From Guillardia theta CCMP2712 (lineage: Eukaryota > Protista > Cryptophyta), in NCBI RefSeq assembly GCF_000315625.1, contig NW_005434671.1:186001-250000 (forward strand): a stretch of DNA of 64,000 bases, given 5' to 3'. Shown one piece after another: positions 25,014 through 39,359 of this stretch. The notes beneath the pieces were generated by a model. It searched no databases, was not told the origin of the DNA, and worked only from the letters and a program-made list of their open reading frames with translations. Each line of letters begins with the position of its first letter. The stretch's first letter is position 1. A program made the translations under genes and the position numbers.

Positions 25014-26302
25014 TCAACTTCCTTGCATCGCACTCTTCAACGCGTTCGCTGTCCCGCCGGTCTTCTTCATCTCTTCTCTCAACTTCTTCACTTCCTCCGG
25101 ATCCATGTTCTGCATGACACGTCATCCTCACCATCCTCACATCATAACAGTCTTCTCACCTCAACCATCTTGGGCATCACGAATGCCATGAGAGCTGCAA
25201 TGATACCCATCACAACCTGCCATGTTGCGTCAAGCACGAAAGTCCTCCAGCTGTCCGCTACCATCGGATTCTTCAAGTAAACGGTAGGGTCGAACTTCTC
25301 TCTCTCCTCAAAGTACTGCAGTCTCGTCGTTAGCGCAGCACTCGCAGCCTCCTCCCCCCCACCTTCACGCGAATGCTAGGTTGAAGTGTGAGCGGGTACT
25401 TGACGGGCTTGCCAACATTGTCGCCGTTGAACGAGGCTCTCACCTGGTACGGTAGGTGAGGGATGGGAGGAGAAGGGGGAAGGGAAAAAGAAGTAACCAA
25501 AGGGGAGAGAGAAAAGATGAGGAGAAGAAGGGAACGGAGGAGGATGGGAAGAAACAACAGGAGAGGAAGATTGACAGGAGGCAGAAGCGGCTCAAAGCGA
25601 CGAGGAATGGGGAGGAATGAAATTAAGGATAGCCAAGAGATCCAAAGCTTCTTGCAAGTCAAACGAACCTTGAGCTCATTTCGCTTGTAATGCACATCAA
25701 TCTTGATCTGTAAAGAGAGATCACCTCCTGCTCTCCTTTCTTCTCAGCAACGATCGTTCACCTGCTCGAAAATCCATCCTGGCGCGTCGACGTCCAGAGA
25801 ATGCACTCCTTCCGAGACCTGACTCGATGTTACGCCCAAGATTTCGAATCAATGGAGCAGGTGACATCGTAGATGGTGAAGGAGCCGTCTGCTCGAGCGA
25901 TCGCCTGCTGCTTTCCTCCATCGAGCATAACTCGCAGGATCTGCAGACAAATTCAGCCTTTGAAACTCACGTCTCAGCATGTTGCAACATTGTTCTTGTG
26001 GAGCGCGCGAAACTGTTCATCCGAGAAAGATCCCTATAGAAGAGGAACATTCAGATACCACAACGCCAGCAACAGGGATGCAATAACCTCAATGCTGATC
26101 GACCTCTGCATCTCTCCCATGGGAGCCTCAGCGTTCTTGACACTGGTGCTTGTAAGAGAGTCACAGAGAAGGAGGAAGCGAACAACCTGCTCTTGCTGAT
26201 CTGCTCATCATCCTCATCGTCGTCATAGTCCATCGAAGAGACATGCGACAAGAGCGCCAGGAGGGAGAGGCAGAGCAACAGCGATCGCGCAGGAAGCCTC
26301 AT
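25014..26302 (-). CDS. EMC7: ER membrane protein complex subunit 7
   Basis: Signal peptide MRLPARSLLLCLSLLALLSHVSS. Spliced VMLDGGKQQAIARADGSFTIYDVSEGVHSLDV..WIFEQIKIDV, YPLTL, QYFEEREKFD...LKNPM, TM VVMGIIAALMAFVMPKM, NMDPEE. Confidence 0.88.
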
Positions 26303-26734
26303 GGTTCGAGTCCTGCAAGCCTGCAAAGACCGAATAAGTCATCACAAACAACTTGATTCTCTCCGGCTTGGGTTGGGCTCATAGATGTCTTACACCCTAC
26401 TCTATCTCTCCCCTCAAAATAATTTTACAACTCCCTTTCTCGTCAAATCCAGAACAAATAAACGGATTTCCATGAACAACATCAGGTTCTTAGAGAAGTT
26501 CTGTTAACGCTATTTCTCTATAAGTATCTACCCCCCTTCTTTTAGCACGTTGGACTCTGTATTTGGCATAAAGCTCAAGATCAATCATGGGTACCAAATG
26601 AACCCTCACAGAATCTTCGTGTTTTTGCCTCTCGTTTCCACCCGCTACGACCGTTCGAAGAGCTGCATTGTTTTCTTCTCTTTTCCTTTTCCCACTTTTC
26701 ATCACATGATAGCCCTGTTAATCCCGTCAACTTG

Positions 26735-26799
26735 TCCTGCTGCTTCTGCTGCTGCTGCTGCTGCTCCTCCTCCTCCTCCTCCTTGTCCTGCTGCTCCTG

Positions 26800-26836
<37 letters not shown>

Positions 26837-26875
26837 TGCTCCTGCTCCTGCTTCTGCTCCTGCTCCTGCTCCTTG

Positions 26876-26915
<40 letters not shown>

Positions 26916-26917
26916 TG

Positions 26918-26987
<70 letters not shown>

Positions 26988-26990
26988 TAC
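26735..26990. repeat. (CTG)n/(CTCCTG)n compound microsatellite, intergenic
   Basis: Directly visible; produces spurious poly-PA, poly-EQ and poly-RS ORFs. Confidence 0.95.
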
Positions 26991-27771
26991 CCTGCACCTG
27001 ATGCAGCACCTGCAGCACCTGCTGCTCCGACTCCTGCTCCCCCCTCCCAGCGTGTCCCTCCCTCCCATATGTCCATATGTTTCATGCATGCAGCCGTCTT
27101 TATCAGCTCGTTATTAAACGTTACTAGACGTTATTAAACCGTTTCGTTTACAACGTATTTGTAACGCCCATTCTCAAGTTCTCCTGGCAATCCTCTGCCC
27201 ACATCCCCACCCCCTTGGGTTACACTACCCCTATGTTTACACTACCCCATGACCCCCACCCCCAAATACATGGAACCAAACATGTCATTTCCTCGGCCTC
27301 TTCCTTATCCCTACTACCCTACCGATCTAGTTCAACCACCCCTGTATCCATAGATACCCGAACTCCTCTCATCATGCTCACCCACCCATACCTTCCCTAC
27401 CTACCCTACCCTGAAAACCAGGTTGGGCGGAGAATTGAATTGGTAGGTAGGGTAGTGAGCCTGACCACTCGCCTCAACTTCTAGTACCCCCTATTTATCA
27501 TCTTTGTACCCACCTCATTACCTGGAGACCACCCACCATGCCTATCTGGACCCCACCTAGACTCTTTTACTACCCAACCTCGAGCAGCAGCCACCGTTAC
27601 ATACAGTAACCACTACCGTTACACGATTTTTCCCTTTTTTTCTTTGTAACGGGCGCGATTCCCTCGTGCGGCATAGCAGCAGCAGCCCCGCAGGAGCGGA
27701 GGAGGCGGAAGAGGAGCGGAAGAGGAGCGGAAGAGGAGCGGTAGAGCAGCGGGAGAGGACGAGCAGATAAA

Positions 27772-28624
27772 ATGTCTGCAGTCAGCAAGAATCCCTTCGC
27801 CATGCTCGATGAGGACGAGGGGGACGAGAGCGCCCCTGCGCCCGCACCCGTCAAGAAGGAGGATGCCTCCAGGAAAAAGGATCCGCCGAAGAAGGAGACG
27901 GCGAAGGCTGATCCTGCTCCCTCGGCCTCCGGCAAGCCTCAGACCTCGTCGAAGGGTGGAGGCAAGGAGGGTGGAGGCAAGAAGGGCGGCAAGAGAGATT
28001 ATGAGCGCCACAGTGGCACCGGGCGCGGCCGTGCGGCTGACGGTCATGAGAACAAGAGAGGTGGGGCTGGCAAGGGCAACTGGGGCACCCCAGGAGACGG
28101 CACCACTCCCCGTGACGAAGCCGAAGACACTAAGGAGATGACTGAGGAGGAGAAAGCTGCTGCAGAGCTGGCCGCCGAAGAGAAGAGAAAGGAAGAAGCC
28201 GCCATGACTCTCGAGGAGTGGAAGAAGCAACAGGCTGAGAAGGCTTCAGAGAGCCTCGCCGCCAAGCCCATGCGTGAGGCCGACCAGATCGACATGAAGG
28301 GTCTCAAGCTCAAGGAGGACGACAACGAAGTCTTTGAGATCAAGCTCGGCGATGACGCCGGCAAGAAGGGCAAGAAGACTAGTGGCCGTGCCAGCAAGTC
28401 TCAGGTCCTGACTGACCTCAACTTCACCACCGCATCTAACGAGACAGCCTCTCCTGGACGTGGTGATGCCTCTTGCCCTCTCACTGTCATCTCTTGACTT
28501 GCTTGCTTCGACAGGTCGTGGAGGACGTGGCCGAAGGGATGGAGGAGGAGGTGGTCGCCCCAGGAGAGACAACCATGGCGCGACCCTCAACCTTGCAGAC
28601 GACTCTGCCTTTCCTTCGCTCTAA
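27772..28624 (+). CDS. HABP4/SERBP1 (Stm1-like) RGG RNA/ribosome-binding protein
   Basis: N-terminal NPFAMLDE; KRDYERHSGTGRG..KRGGAGKGNWG; MTLEEW. After an intron (~28463-28514), an RGG tail ending LADDSAFPSL*. Confidence 0.9.
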
Positions 28625-28992
28625 GGAGTGGAGGAAGTGATTCGATGACGAATGCTAGCAGGAATCAGAGGTGAACGAAGGAGTGACTGAAGTTTTGTGA
28701 GGCTACACGTCGCAATTCTAAACGATGTTTGAGAGTGGAACCGTGAAGGAGATGTTGTAGGCTCGATAAGTTTGAGTTGTGGCATGTGCCCTTCACCTTT
28801 TTTGTCTTGAACGTGTCAAGTTGATAGCTCTTCTTGTGCAACTTCTGGTTTCTCCCCCCCGCGCACATCCGGATCATGTTAGCTCGTTGCGTGTGACTCC
28901 GATCTTGGTCTTCATTATGCACTCGAGTAAATATCGTTACAGACACACCGTAGCGTGATTCCCCTCCCTCAGTTCTCTCACCCACACGTGCC

Positions 28993-30985
<1,993 letters not shown>

Positions 30986-31818
30986 GTCTCAAGTAGCTGC
31001 TGCTAGTGTCGTCGCCCTTTCCTTTCTCAGTGATCGAGACTTTTCAAATAATATTGCTGTGAGTTCTGCTATGAAAGATATGCGGCACAACGACGAGGGT
31101 CTTGATCTCCTAGGCGCCAAAGCGACTCCTGAAAGATTTTTTCAAACACCGCATTCAACGTGTTGATACAACGAGCAAGAACTTGGAGATCTCAAAAGAA
31201 CAAAAAACAAGGACACGAACATGATGAACAGGTCCCCCATCTCTTCATTTCCGCTGCCTTCCTCCTTCCTCTTCCTCTCAACTCCTCATCTCCGTGGCGA
31301 TACTTCTACCACACTTCCTTACGAAGGTCATCCTTCATTCCCCGGATCTTAATAGTTTGAAGTTTTCTCTTGTTCCACTCATCATCCTTCTCCTCTCTCA
31401 TCTCTTCTTGTTCACATCCTCCTCCTCCTCCTCCTCCTCCTCCTCCTCCTAAGTACCTATCCTTGATCCCTGCCATGATACGCCGGATAAAGCTTCACAG
31501 CACTAGCAAAAAATAATTCTCAAAACTCATACAGATATATTAAATATGTTTTAGAGCTGTAGCTCAAAATTTACTCTAGATTGTTGTCAGGTACACATAA
31601 ACGAGCCGGTAAACATTTATAAACTTTTAGTTGTTTTAAATCTCTACCATGCGCGAAGAGCTGTAGGACATTTCCCCCTTAATATAACGCTTAAAAACTC
31701 AACAAAACCCTCCTGGTACTGTATAAATATACCCTTTTAAATTCTCCGGTCCCCCGGCTTTCATGGTTCCTAGGCAAGAGTTGAGTGAAAGTTATGGGGA
31801 AAAGGAGCTCCACGTGAA

Positions 31819-34800
31819 ATGGAGGAAGCGCAGCAGCGGCAAAAGGCGGCGGCGGAGGAGGTCAGGAGGCTCAAGGCTGAGAAGAAGGTGAGGAGGAGAG
31901 GACATGAGAGGACCAGGATGTATGCCTCGTTCCGGCAAGTTCCATGGCTGTGATGGCAGAGACGGGGCCTGCGATCGCAGGGGCTCTGGGATGGATCGAC
32001 CTTGTCGTTCTGTGTCTTGTTTCCATAGAAGCGATGGAGACAAGGATGACATGATGACGATGATGCTGATATATGTTAGTCTTGATGAGAACCTTCTCTC
32101 ATCTATTGACTTGCAAACTCTGTTTTGGTTCTGTGTGAAACACCATCATCAATGATTTCCCACAAGTCGGCCACGTCATCTCATAAACAGACGAATGCAT
32201 CTTGCGCCTCTCTGTGTGTTCATGTTTCTTTTATGTATGTCTTACTCACTGAACCTCTTCTGAACTCCTGCCCCCTGTTTGCAAGCATTTCAATCTTGTT
32301 TTCCCGTTCTGCCTGGCACTGACTGGGTTGTCGTAGCCTAAGGATGACCCCGAGCTCGTCGCTGCCATCCAGAACCTGAACAAGATCAAGGAAGAGATCG
32401 CTGAGATGAGCAAGCCCATCGAGACCAACCCTTACGTCAAGACAAGGGGAGAGCTTGACGACATCTGCAAGGTGACGCGAGAGAGATGATAGAGGAGTTG
32501 TGTTGTCTGTTGGAGATGAATGTCCCGTCGTCTACCTCCCTGCTCTGACTCCGAGGTCCTCCAGCGTCGCTTCTTCTTCCGTCCTGCCTTCGACATCTAC
32601 GGAGGAACGGCCGGGTTCTTTACGTGAGTCGCAGCTAGCCGACTGTAAGGGGTGCAAGTGAGACGTGATCGACGCAGGTACGGTCCCCCTGGAGCTGCTC
32701 TGAAAGCCAACATCATCAGCCTGTGGAGGAAGCACTTCGTGATCGAGGAGAACCTTCTTGAGATTGAAGATCCGACCATCATGCCCCACGAGGTCCTCAA
32801 GACGTCTGGTGAGACGAGGGGGGATGGAGCATACGGGGGAGGAGGGAGTGGGGAGTGGTAGGGAGGGGAGGAGGGAGGAAGGGGAGGTTGAGGAGGAGAC
32901 ATCGAATAACAATGTCACAGGGCACGTGGAGAGGTTCAACGACTTCATGGTGAAAGACACGTGAGATGGCCGTCTGCTCTTTCTCGCCCCTCGTGTCCTC
33001 ATACAGAGCAGGTTGCAGGAGGACAAGTTCTACAGGGCAGACAAGCTGCTGGAGGAAGAGATGGAGAATCGTCTGAAAGTCCCGACAATCACTGAGGAGG
33101 AGAGGACGAGGTACACCAAGGACCTCACAGCTGCCGACAGCTTCTCGCGCGAGGAGCTCGGCGCCAAGATCAAGGAGTATGGTGAGAGTTTCATGCTGAT
33201 TTGGGATCGTGATCTCCTGAGGTTTTCAAATTTTGCTGAAACGTTTCATGCAGGCATCAAGGCGCCGGAGACTGGAAATGAGCTGACGGATCCCTACGAG
33301 TTCAATCTCATGTTCCCAACACCAATCGGACCTTCTGGTTTGCTTCAGGTCGAGTTTTCCTTTGTTCAGCACTCCTTGTTTGAAGTTGTGTTGTGTTGTG
33401 TTGTGTTGTGTTGAAGTTAGAGTTGTTTTGTGTATTGTACAGCTGTGACTTGTCGTGTGGTGAACATGAAAGACAATCTCCTCATGGTCGTGAATTGTTC
33501 CTTTCATCACACCTCTGATATTGACAACCACAATGACTGTATTGAATGCTTCGCATATCCCTGCCTGCACTGTCTGTACCTCTCCTCTCCCTCTCCTTTG
33601 CAATCAGCAACCTCCTCCAAGTCTTGCTCACTACATATCCAGGGATACCTCAGGCCTGAGACCGCTCAGGGAATTTTCCTCAACTACAAGTTTGCAGCGG
33701 AGCAGAACTCTGACAAGATTCCCTTTGGAGTCGCGCAGATCGGCAAGTCCTACCGCAATGAGATCGCACCGCGAGGCGGGCTCGTCAGGCAGAGGGAGTT
33801 CACGCAGGCAGAGATCGAGTTCTTTGTGCATTACAAGAACAAGAACTTCGACAAGTTCAAGAGCGTCTACGATCTGTGAGTGATGGCTGAGAGGGAGGGG
33901 AGGGGAGGAGGAGGGGAGGAGGAGGGGAGGAGGAGGGGAGGAGGAGGGGAGGNNNNNNNNNNNNNNNNNNNNNNNNNNNNNNNNNNNNNNNNNNNNNNNN
34001 NNNNNNNNNNNNNNNNNNNNNNNNNNNNNNNNNNNNNNNNNNNNNNNNNNNNAGCACAACAAAATGAGTCTCTGACCCCAGAGGTTGAAATCAAGAAGGA
34101 CGAGGAGACACTGCCCACAATGCAGGAGGACAACATTGCTTGCATGCTGGGCGTCAACTCAGTGGACGATTCAGCCGACGACGATGATTCGAACTACCTC
34201 TCATCATCGTCCTGGTCCGGTATTCTCATCATCTCACTCTCCTCTTGTCCCTCCCTTTCTCTCTCCGTCCTCCTCTCCTCTCCTCTCCCCTCCTCTCCTC
34301 TCCTCCTCACCCCCAGCCACCGCTGCTGTCTTCATGTTCCTCCTCCCATCTTTGCACCTTATGACCTGTCACGGCAGTTTCCGCCAACACTTGCCGACTG
34401 AGATGGCTCACTACGCTTGCGATTGCTGGGATGCTGAGATCGAGGTGAGCTGGAGCATGCGAGGGTTAGCAAGACATCACCATCGAAGTTGTCCTTCACT
34501 CCTCGTTTCCTTTCAAGATGGCTTAAATTCATCTTCCCTCCGGCCTTGCCTTCTACGCACCTGCCGTTCTCTTCTCCTCCTCTGTCCCATCTCAATCTCT
34601 TTTCCTCCCTCCTCCTCCTCCTCCTCCTCCCTCCTCCTCCTCCTCCTCCTCCTCCTCCTCCTCCTCCTCCTCCTCCTCCTCCTCCTCTCGCTCTCGTTTT
34701 CACACACACACCTACTTTCCCTTCTCTTCCTGTATCACTTCCTCACTCTTCTCCCCCCAGGTCTCAACCGGATGGATGGAGACAGTCGGCATTGCCGATC

Positions 34801-35018
34801 GCTCAGCCTACGACCTCTCGGTCCACTCTCAGAAGACCAAGGTCGACTTGAGCGCGCAGGAGAAACTCGACGCTCCTGTCTCTGTCGACGTCGTCTACCT
34901 CAACAAGAAAGCTGCTGCCCTACTCGGGAAGGACTTCAGGCAAGACGCTCCTATCGTCAAGTCGTTTCTTGAAGGACACTCTCTGGAAGAGTCGAAGAAA
35001 CTCCAGGTGCCCAGATCT

Positions 35019-35087
<69 letters not shown>

Positions 35088-37889
35088 CTCTCCTGCTCAG
35101 TCCTCCCTCTCCTGCTCCTGCTCCCTCTCCTGCTCCTACTCCCCTTCCTGCTCCTGCTCCTGCTCCTGCTTCTTTCTCTCCTCTTCCCTTTCTTGCTCCT
35201 GCTGCGTCTCCTGCTGCGCCTCCTGCTCCTGCTCCCCCTCCTGCTCCCCTCCTCCATCGAAGGATGGTGTCTGTGGCTGTCTCATGCTGCGAGGGCAGGA
35301 GGAGGTCAATTCCGCTGGCTCCAAAGTTGTCACGATCGAGTCCAAGGAGTTTACCCTCAAGAAGGAGCACTGCGTGTTCGAGGTGAGGAGGAAGAAGTGG
35401 CGGAGGGAGGAGGGATGGAGGAAGGATGGAGGAGGGATGGAGAAGGAGAGAGATGAAGAGGAGGGAGGGAGGCGGGGAACACTCACAGGAGGGGGAGCAC
35501 TGAGAGCTGAGGGGACGGATAGGAGAAGCTGGGGAGCGGAGAAGGGGGCGGGAGGGGGAGGAGAGACATATCTGATGGGGTTGTACCCCTTGCAGTATCG
35601 TGTCGACACCCGCCATTACAACAACTACACGCCTCACGTCATCGAGCCCTCCTTCGGCATTGACCGTCTCTTCACCGCGGTAACTTGACGGAGGGATGCG
35701 AGATGGATGGAGAGAGAAGACAAAGAGATCAGGAGGATGGGAAGCAGGAGGAGGACGAGGGAGAGGGTGGGAGAAGGGGTGCGGAGAGGAGGACGAAGAG
35801 GGAGGGGAGGAGAGGAGGAGGGGGGAATGAAGGATGAGGAGTCGGTGGCACTTGTATGTTGGTAGTGATGACGATGTGTCAGGTTCTTGAGCACAGTTAC
35901 TATGCTCGTCCTCAAGACCCCGACGACAAGGAGAAGATTGTGCGAGGAGTTCTCTCCCTCTCTCCCTCTGTCGCTCCTTACAAGGCTATCATCATGCCCC
36001 TCGATCAGAGAGTAAGCTCCTGACCCTTGCTGCTGCTGCTGCTCCTCCTCCTCCTCCTTCTCTTCCTCCTCCTCCTCCTCCTTCTCCTCCTCATGTTTTT
36101 TGTCTTCAATACTTCTCAATCTCCTTTCACTTTCCCCCATTTTCTCCACGATCTCCTACACTTCCACGTGTGTTCTGTGCTTCTCGAGCTTTTCTTTCTT
36201 TCTTTCTTTCTTTCGTTTCAGCTCATTTTTTTCTTAGATTGCCAACAACGCCAAATATCAATCGATGGTCGAGGAGCTGCGCATGCAGGTGCAGTTTTGT
36301 CCATTGGAGGAACAATCCTTGTTTTTGATCGCGTGTTCGTACTCCTTCTCATTTTCCTCCTCCTCGTTTCCTTCGTCTTCCTCGTCCTCCTTGTTCTTTT
36401 CTACCAAAATCTTAACCCTCATCGTTGCTTTCTCCTTCCTCCTCTGCTGTGTTGCTTCAAGTCCTGACTTTCATCCTGTCAGTTTGCTTCTTACGGTTTG
36501 GGATACAAAGTTGACGACTCGGGCGCCTCCATCGGCAAGCGGTAAAGAAGCACAAGTAGAGCTGAAGCAGGGGACTGACGCATCCTCCTTCTCCCTCCTT
36601 CTCCTGCCTTTCCCTCCTCCTCCTCCCTCTTCCTCCTCTCCCCCTCTCCTTCTCGCTTCCTCTCCTCCTCCCCTCCAGCTACGCGCGTAACGACGAGCTT
36701 GGTATCCCCCTCGGCATCACCTTCGACTTCGACTCCATCGGTCAGAACGACTCCTCGGGCAGCCAAGAGCAGGAAGGATCGGTCACCCTACGTGAGCGCG
36801 ACTCCTGCACCCAAGTTCGCCTCCCCTACACCGAGGTGGTTGACGTTATCGCCAAGGTGAGGCACAGGAGGAAGAGGACGAGGACGAGGACGAGGACTAG
36901 GGAGGGAGGGAGGGAGGGAGGGAGGTAGGGAGNNNNNNNNNNNNNNNNNNNNNNNNNNNNNNNNNNNNNNNNNNNNNNNNNNNNNNNNNNNNNNNNNNNN
37001 NNNNNNNNNNNNNNNNNNNNNNNNNNNNNNNNCCGTGAGCGGGGCCGGGTCGGCGGAGTACTCGGCGGACTGTAGAGTCTCCTAGTGGGAGAAGGGAACA
37101 GTAGGAGGAGGTGGTGGAAGTGGTGGTAGTGAGAGGATGGCGGAGACGGAGGATGGAGGGGAGGAGGAAGTGTGGCGGTATGAAGAGGAGATGACGGGAG
37201 TTACAGTTTGTGTCTTTGCAATGGAGCTGGCAAGACGTTCAGGCGCGATATGTCGAGCAGGTCAAAATTTACCCCTGCTCTCCCTCCTCGTCTTGTTGAT
37301 ATCATGCTTTCCTCTCTTGCCCTTACAGCTTGTTACCTCCCTGACTCCCTCCCTCCCTGCCTCCCTCCCCCCTCCTTTGGCTGTCGCTCTTTACCTCCCC
37401 TTGCATTCATCTTTGTTTCTTATCTTCATGCTACAGAAGCAAAATGCCTCAGACAAGATCGGCGATGGAGGAAAGGCTCCTGCTACCCAGGTGGAGCAGG
37501 ACTACGCCAAGAAGCACCGGTCTGATACGCGGCTCTCTTCATCTCCTCTGCTGCTCATCCTCTTCAATCTCTCTCCTTCTTCCTCATCTTTTTCCTTCCT
37601 TCTTCTCGCTGCGCATCCTTCGCATCCCCCGCCACCTCGAACTTCTCTCTCTGGTTTTTCATGATCACTTTCTCCTTCAACCTCCTCCCTGCTTTGCTCC
37701 ATCCTCGCCCTCGCCCTAGTCCTCGCCCCGTCCTTCCGTCCTCTCCTCCTGCTCCGAGGCTTTTCTCCTCATCTTCTTCGCAGGATCACTGAGATCGTCA
37801 ACGAGGCCATCGCTGCTACCTTGTCTCTCAAGCCTGACGATCCCATCGCTCACATCGCGAAACTTCTTGCTGAAAAGTCTGCCAAGTAA
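31819..37889 (+). CDS. GARS: Glycyl-tRNA synthetase (eukaryotic homodimer type) with N-terminal WHEP-like and C-terminal Dpy-30/RIIa-like extension
   Basis: [138 protein letters not shown]. Some exon(s) are hidden in the first N gap. Confidence 0.95.
33953..34052. other. Assembly gap (100 N)
   Basis: Run of N directly after a polypurine tract in a GlyRS intron. Confidence 1.
36933..37032. other. Assembly gap (100 N)
   Basis: Run of N directly after (GGGA)n in a GlyRS intron. Confidence 1.
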
Positions 37890-37929
37890 ACTCAAACTTG
37901 CTGCCCGGGCCTTCTCTTGTCACCTGTGA

Positions 37930-38280
37930 GACCCGGCCGGACGACTCCTGATAGCCTAGTAGGCTGATAGTACGGTACGGTACGGTCACGCCCGGTGTCA
38001 CCGAGGCCGGGCTGTGGCGCTGCCGTCAGTCCGAGTGGCCAGTGGCGAGCGGCGTCCTCCCTCGGCGGCTCCTTCTCCCGGAACCCGCAACTTGTGACTC
38101 AGCCGCCCCGGCTTATGTGAGCCCGGGCCGCGGTCTCCCGGTCCGCCGGGACTGAGTGAATGATCACTGAGTCATCGGGCCGATGCGGAGCCGCCGCCCG
38201 GCCGAGCCCCCCGGCCCGGCGGGCCCGGCCGGGCCTGGCCTTGCGGTAGAAAATTCTTTTCGTGTTCTGCGCCGGATTGC
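37930..38280. other. CCGG-rich intergenic island
   Basis: Same word composition as 4080-4860 and 20230-20765, including TACGGTCAC. Confidence 0.7.
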
Positions 38281-38412
38281 GCCAAGGAAACAGCCATGGC
38301 AGGAGAAAGACTAAGGTGGAACGAGGGGCATGGGAAGCGAGGGAGGGAGGGAGGAGAGGAGGAGAGGAGACATCACCGCTCTTATGCTCCTTACACACGA
38401 CGAGCTTCAAGG

Positions 38413-39243
38413 ATGTATGCTCTGATCGTGTTTGTTGTTCTCGGCTTCTTGGAGCAAACTTTTGGTTACAACTTTCCTTACGGAACTCTGAGGTCGAGGA
38501 GACACGCGAGGGTGATGGAGTTGAGGATGGACAGAAGAGATGATGAGATACAGAGACTCAAGAGAGAGAATGAAGAACTCAGAAGAAACATGCAGAAAGG
38601 ACAGGCTCCTGATCCACTGGGTGCAATCCAGGCCATATTCAAACCGCTGGCAAACATCATCAAGCCACCGAAGAAACAAAACGAGCTTGAGAACATGATT
38701 GACAAGGCCATGCAAGATGCTCCGCTTCCTATCAAGATGTTTGGCGGCATCATGAAGGGCTTTGCCGGCATGGCAGGGGATATGATGCAAGCAGTTGCCG
38801 ACGACGTTGACAGGGTAGTGGAGGTTGCAGAAAGGAGGGTAAGGATGAATGCTGGCGCTACGCGCATTTTAGGATCGGAAATATCCGTCGGCGCCCCTGT
38901 CAGTCAATCTTTCTCTTCCTCCAGCATCAACGGAGTGTCAACAAAGCAGATCGCTTTGCGTTTGCCAGTACGAGGAACATCCAGCTCTGTGAGTAGAGCT
39001 AACATGATGAGATTTGAGGTCCGATAGCACTCACTTGCTGTTAGGGCACCCTGATAGTTGATGGCTCCATCAACAGCAGTGGATCAATTTCTCTCAAGAG
39101 ATGTCTTGTACAGGTATTATTGCATTCATCTTCGTTCACAGTTTGTTGACCGATCCATGTTGTAGACCCCGACTGGATCGTTGGATGTTGGCGCTGATGG
39201 AGATGATGACGATCTTGGTGTCATCGATGTTGTGGCAAAGTGA
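38413..39243 (+). CDS. Probable plastid-targeted protein with coiled coil and Coa1/TIM21-like C-terminal domain
   Basis: Leader MYALIVFVVLGFLEQTFG-Y; EIQRLKRENEELRR; ATRILGSEISVGAP...IALRLPVRGT..GTLIV. Two short 3' introns; ends VIDVVAK*. Confidence 0.65.
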
Positions 39244-39359
39244 GAAAGTTTAAGATGGGAGCACACAGTTTGTAAAAGACGATTGTAAACTTTGGTAACA
39301 TACACTGTCTTCACTTCCTGCTGGGGAAGGGCGAGATTGGGGGGCGGGATCAATTCCCA

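Noticed and set aside
26303-26313. GGTTCGAGTCC, a tRNA T-loop/B-box-like word
   Set aside because: The flanks do not form a T stem or cloverleaf, and it abuts the EMC7 start codon on the opposite strand.
26550-27137. ORFs encoding poly-PA, poly-EQ, poly-RS and poly-SC peptides (also at 13268-13661, 34895-35688, 48582-48863)
   Set aside because: They are translations of stop-free microsatellites that are open in several frames on both strands.
27696-27750. (GGAAGAGGAGC)n 11-mer repeats as a CRISPR-like array
   Set aside because: A tandem minisatellite without spacers in a eukaryotic 5' region; no cas genes present.
31760-31818. Upstream organellar targeting extension for GlyRS
   Set aside because: In-frame TGA at 31786-31788 with no intervening in-frame ATG. 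An alternative first exon cannot be excluded but none is supported.
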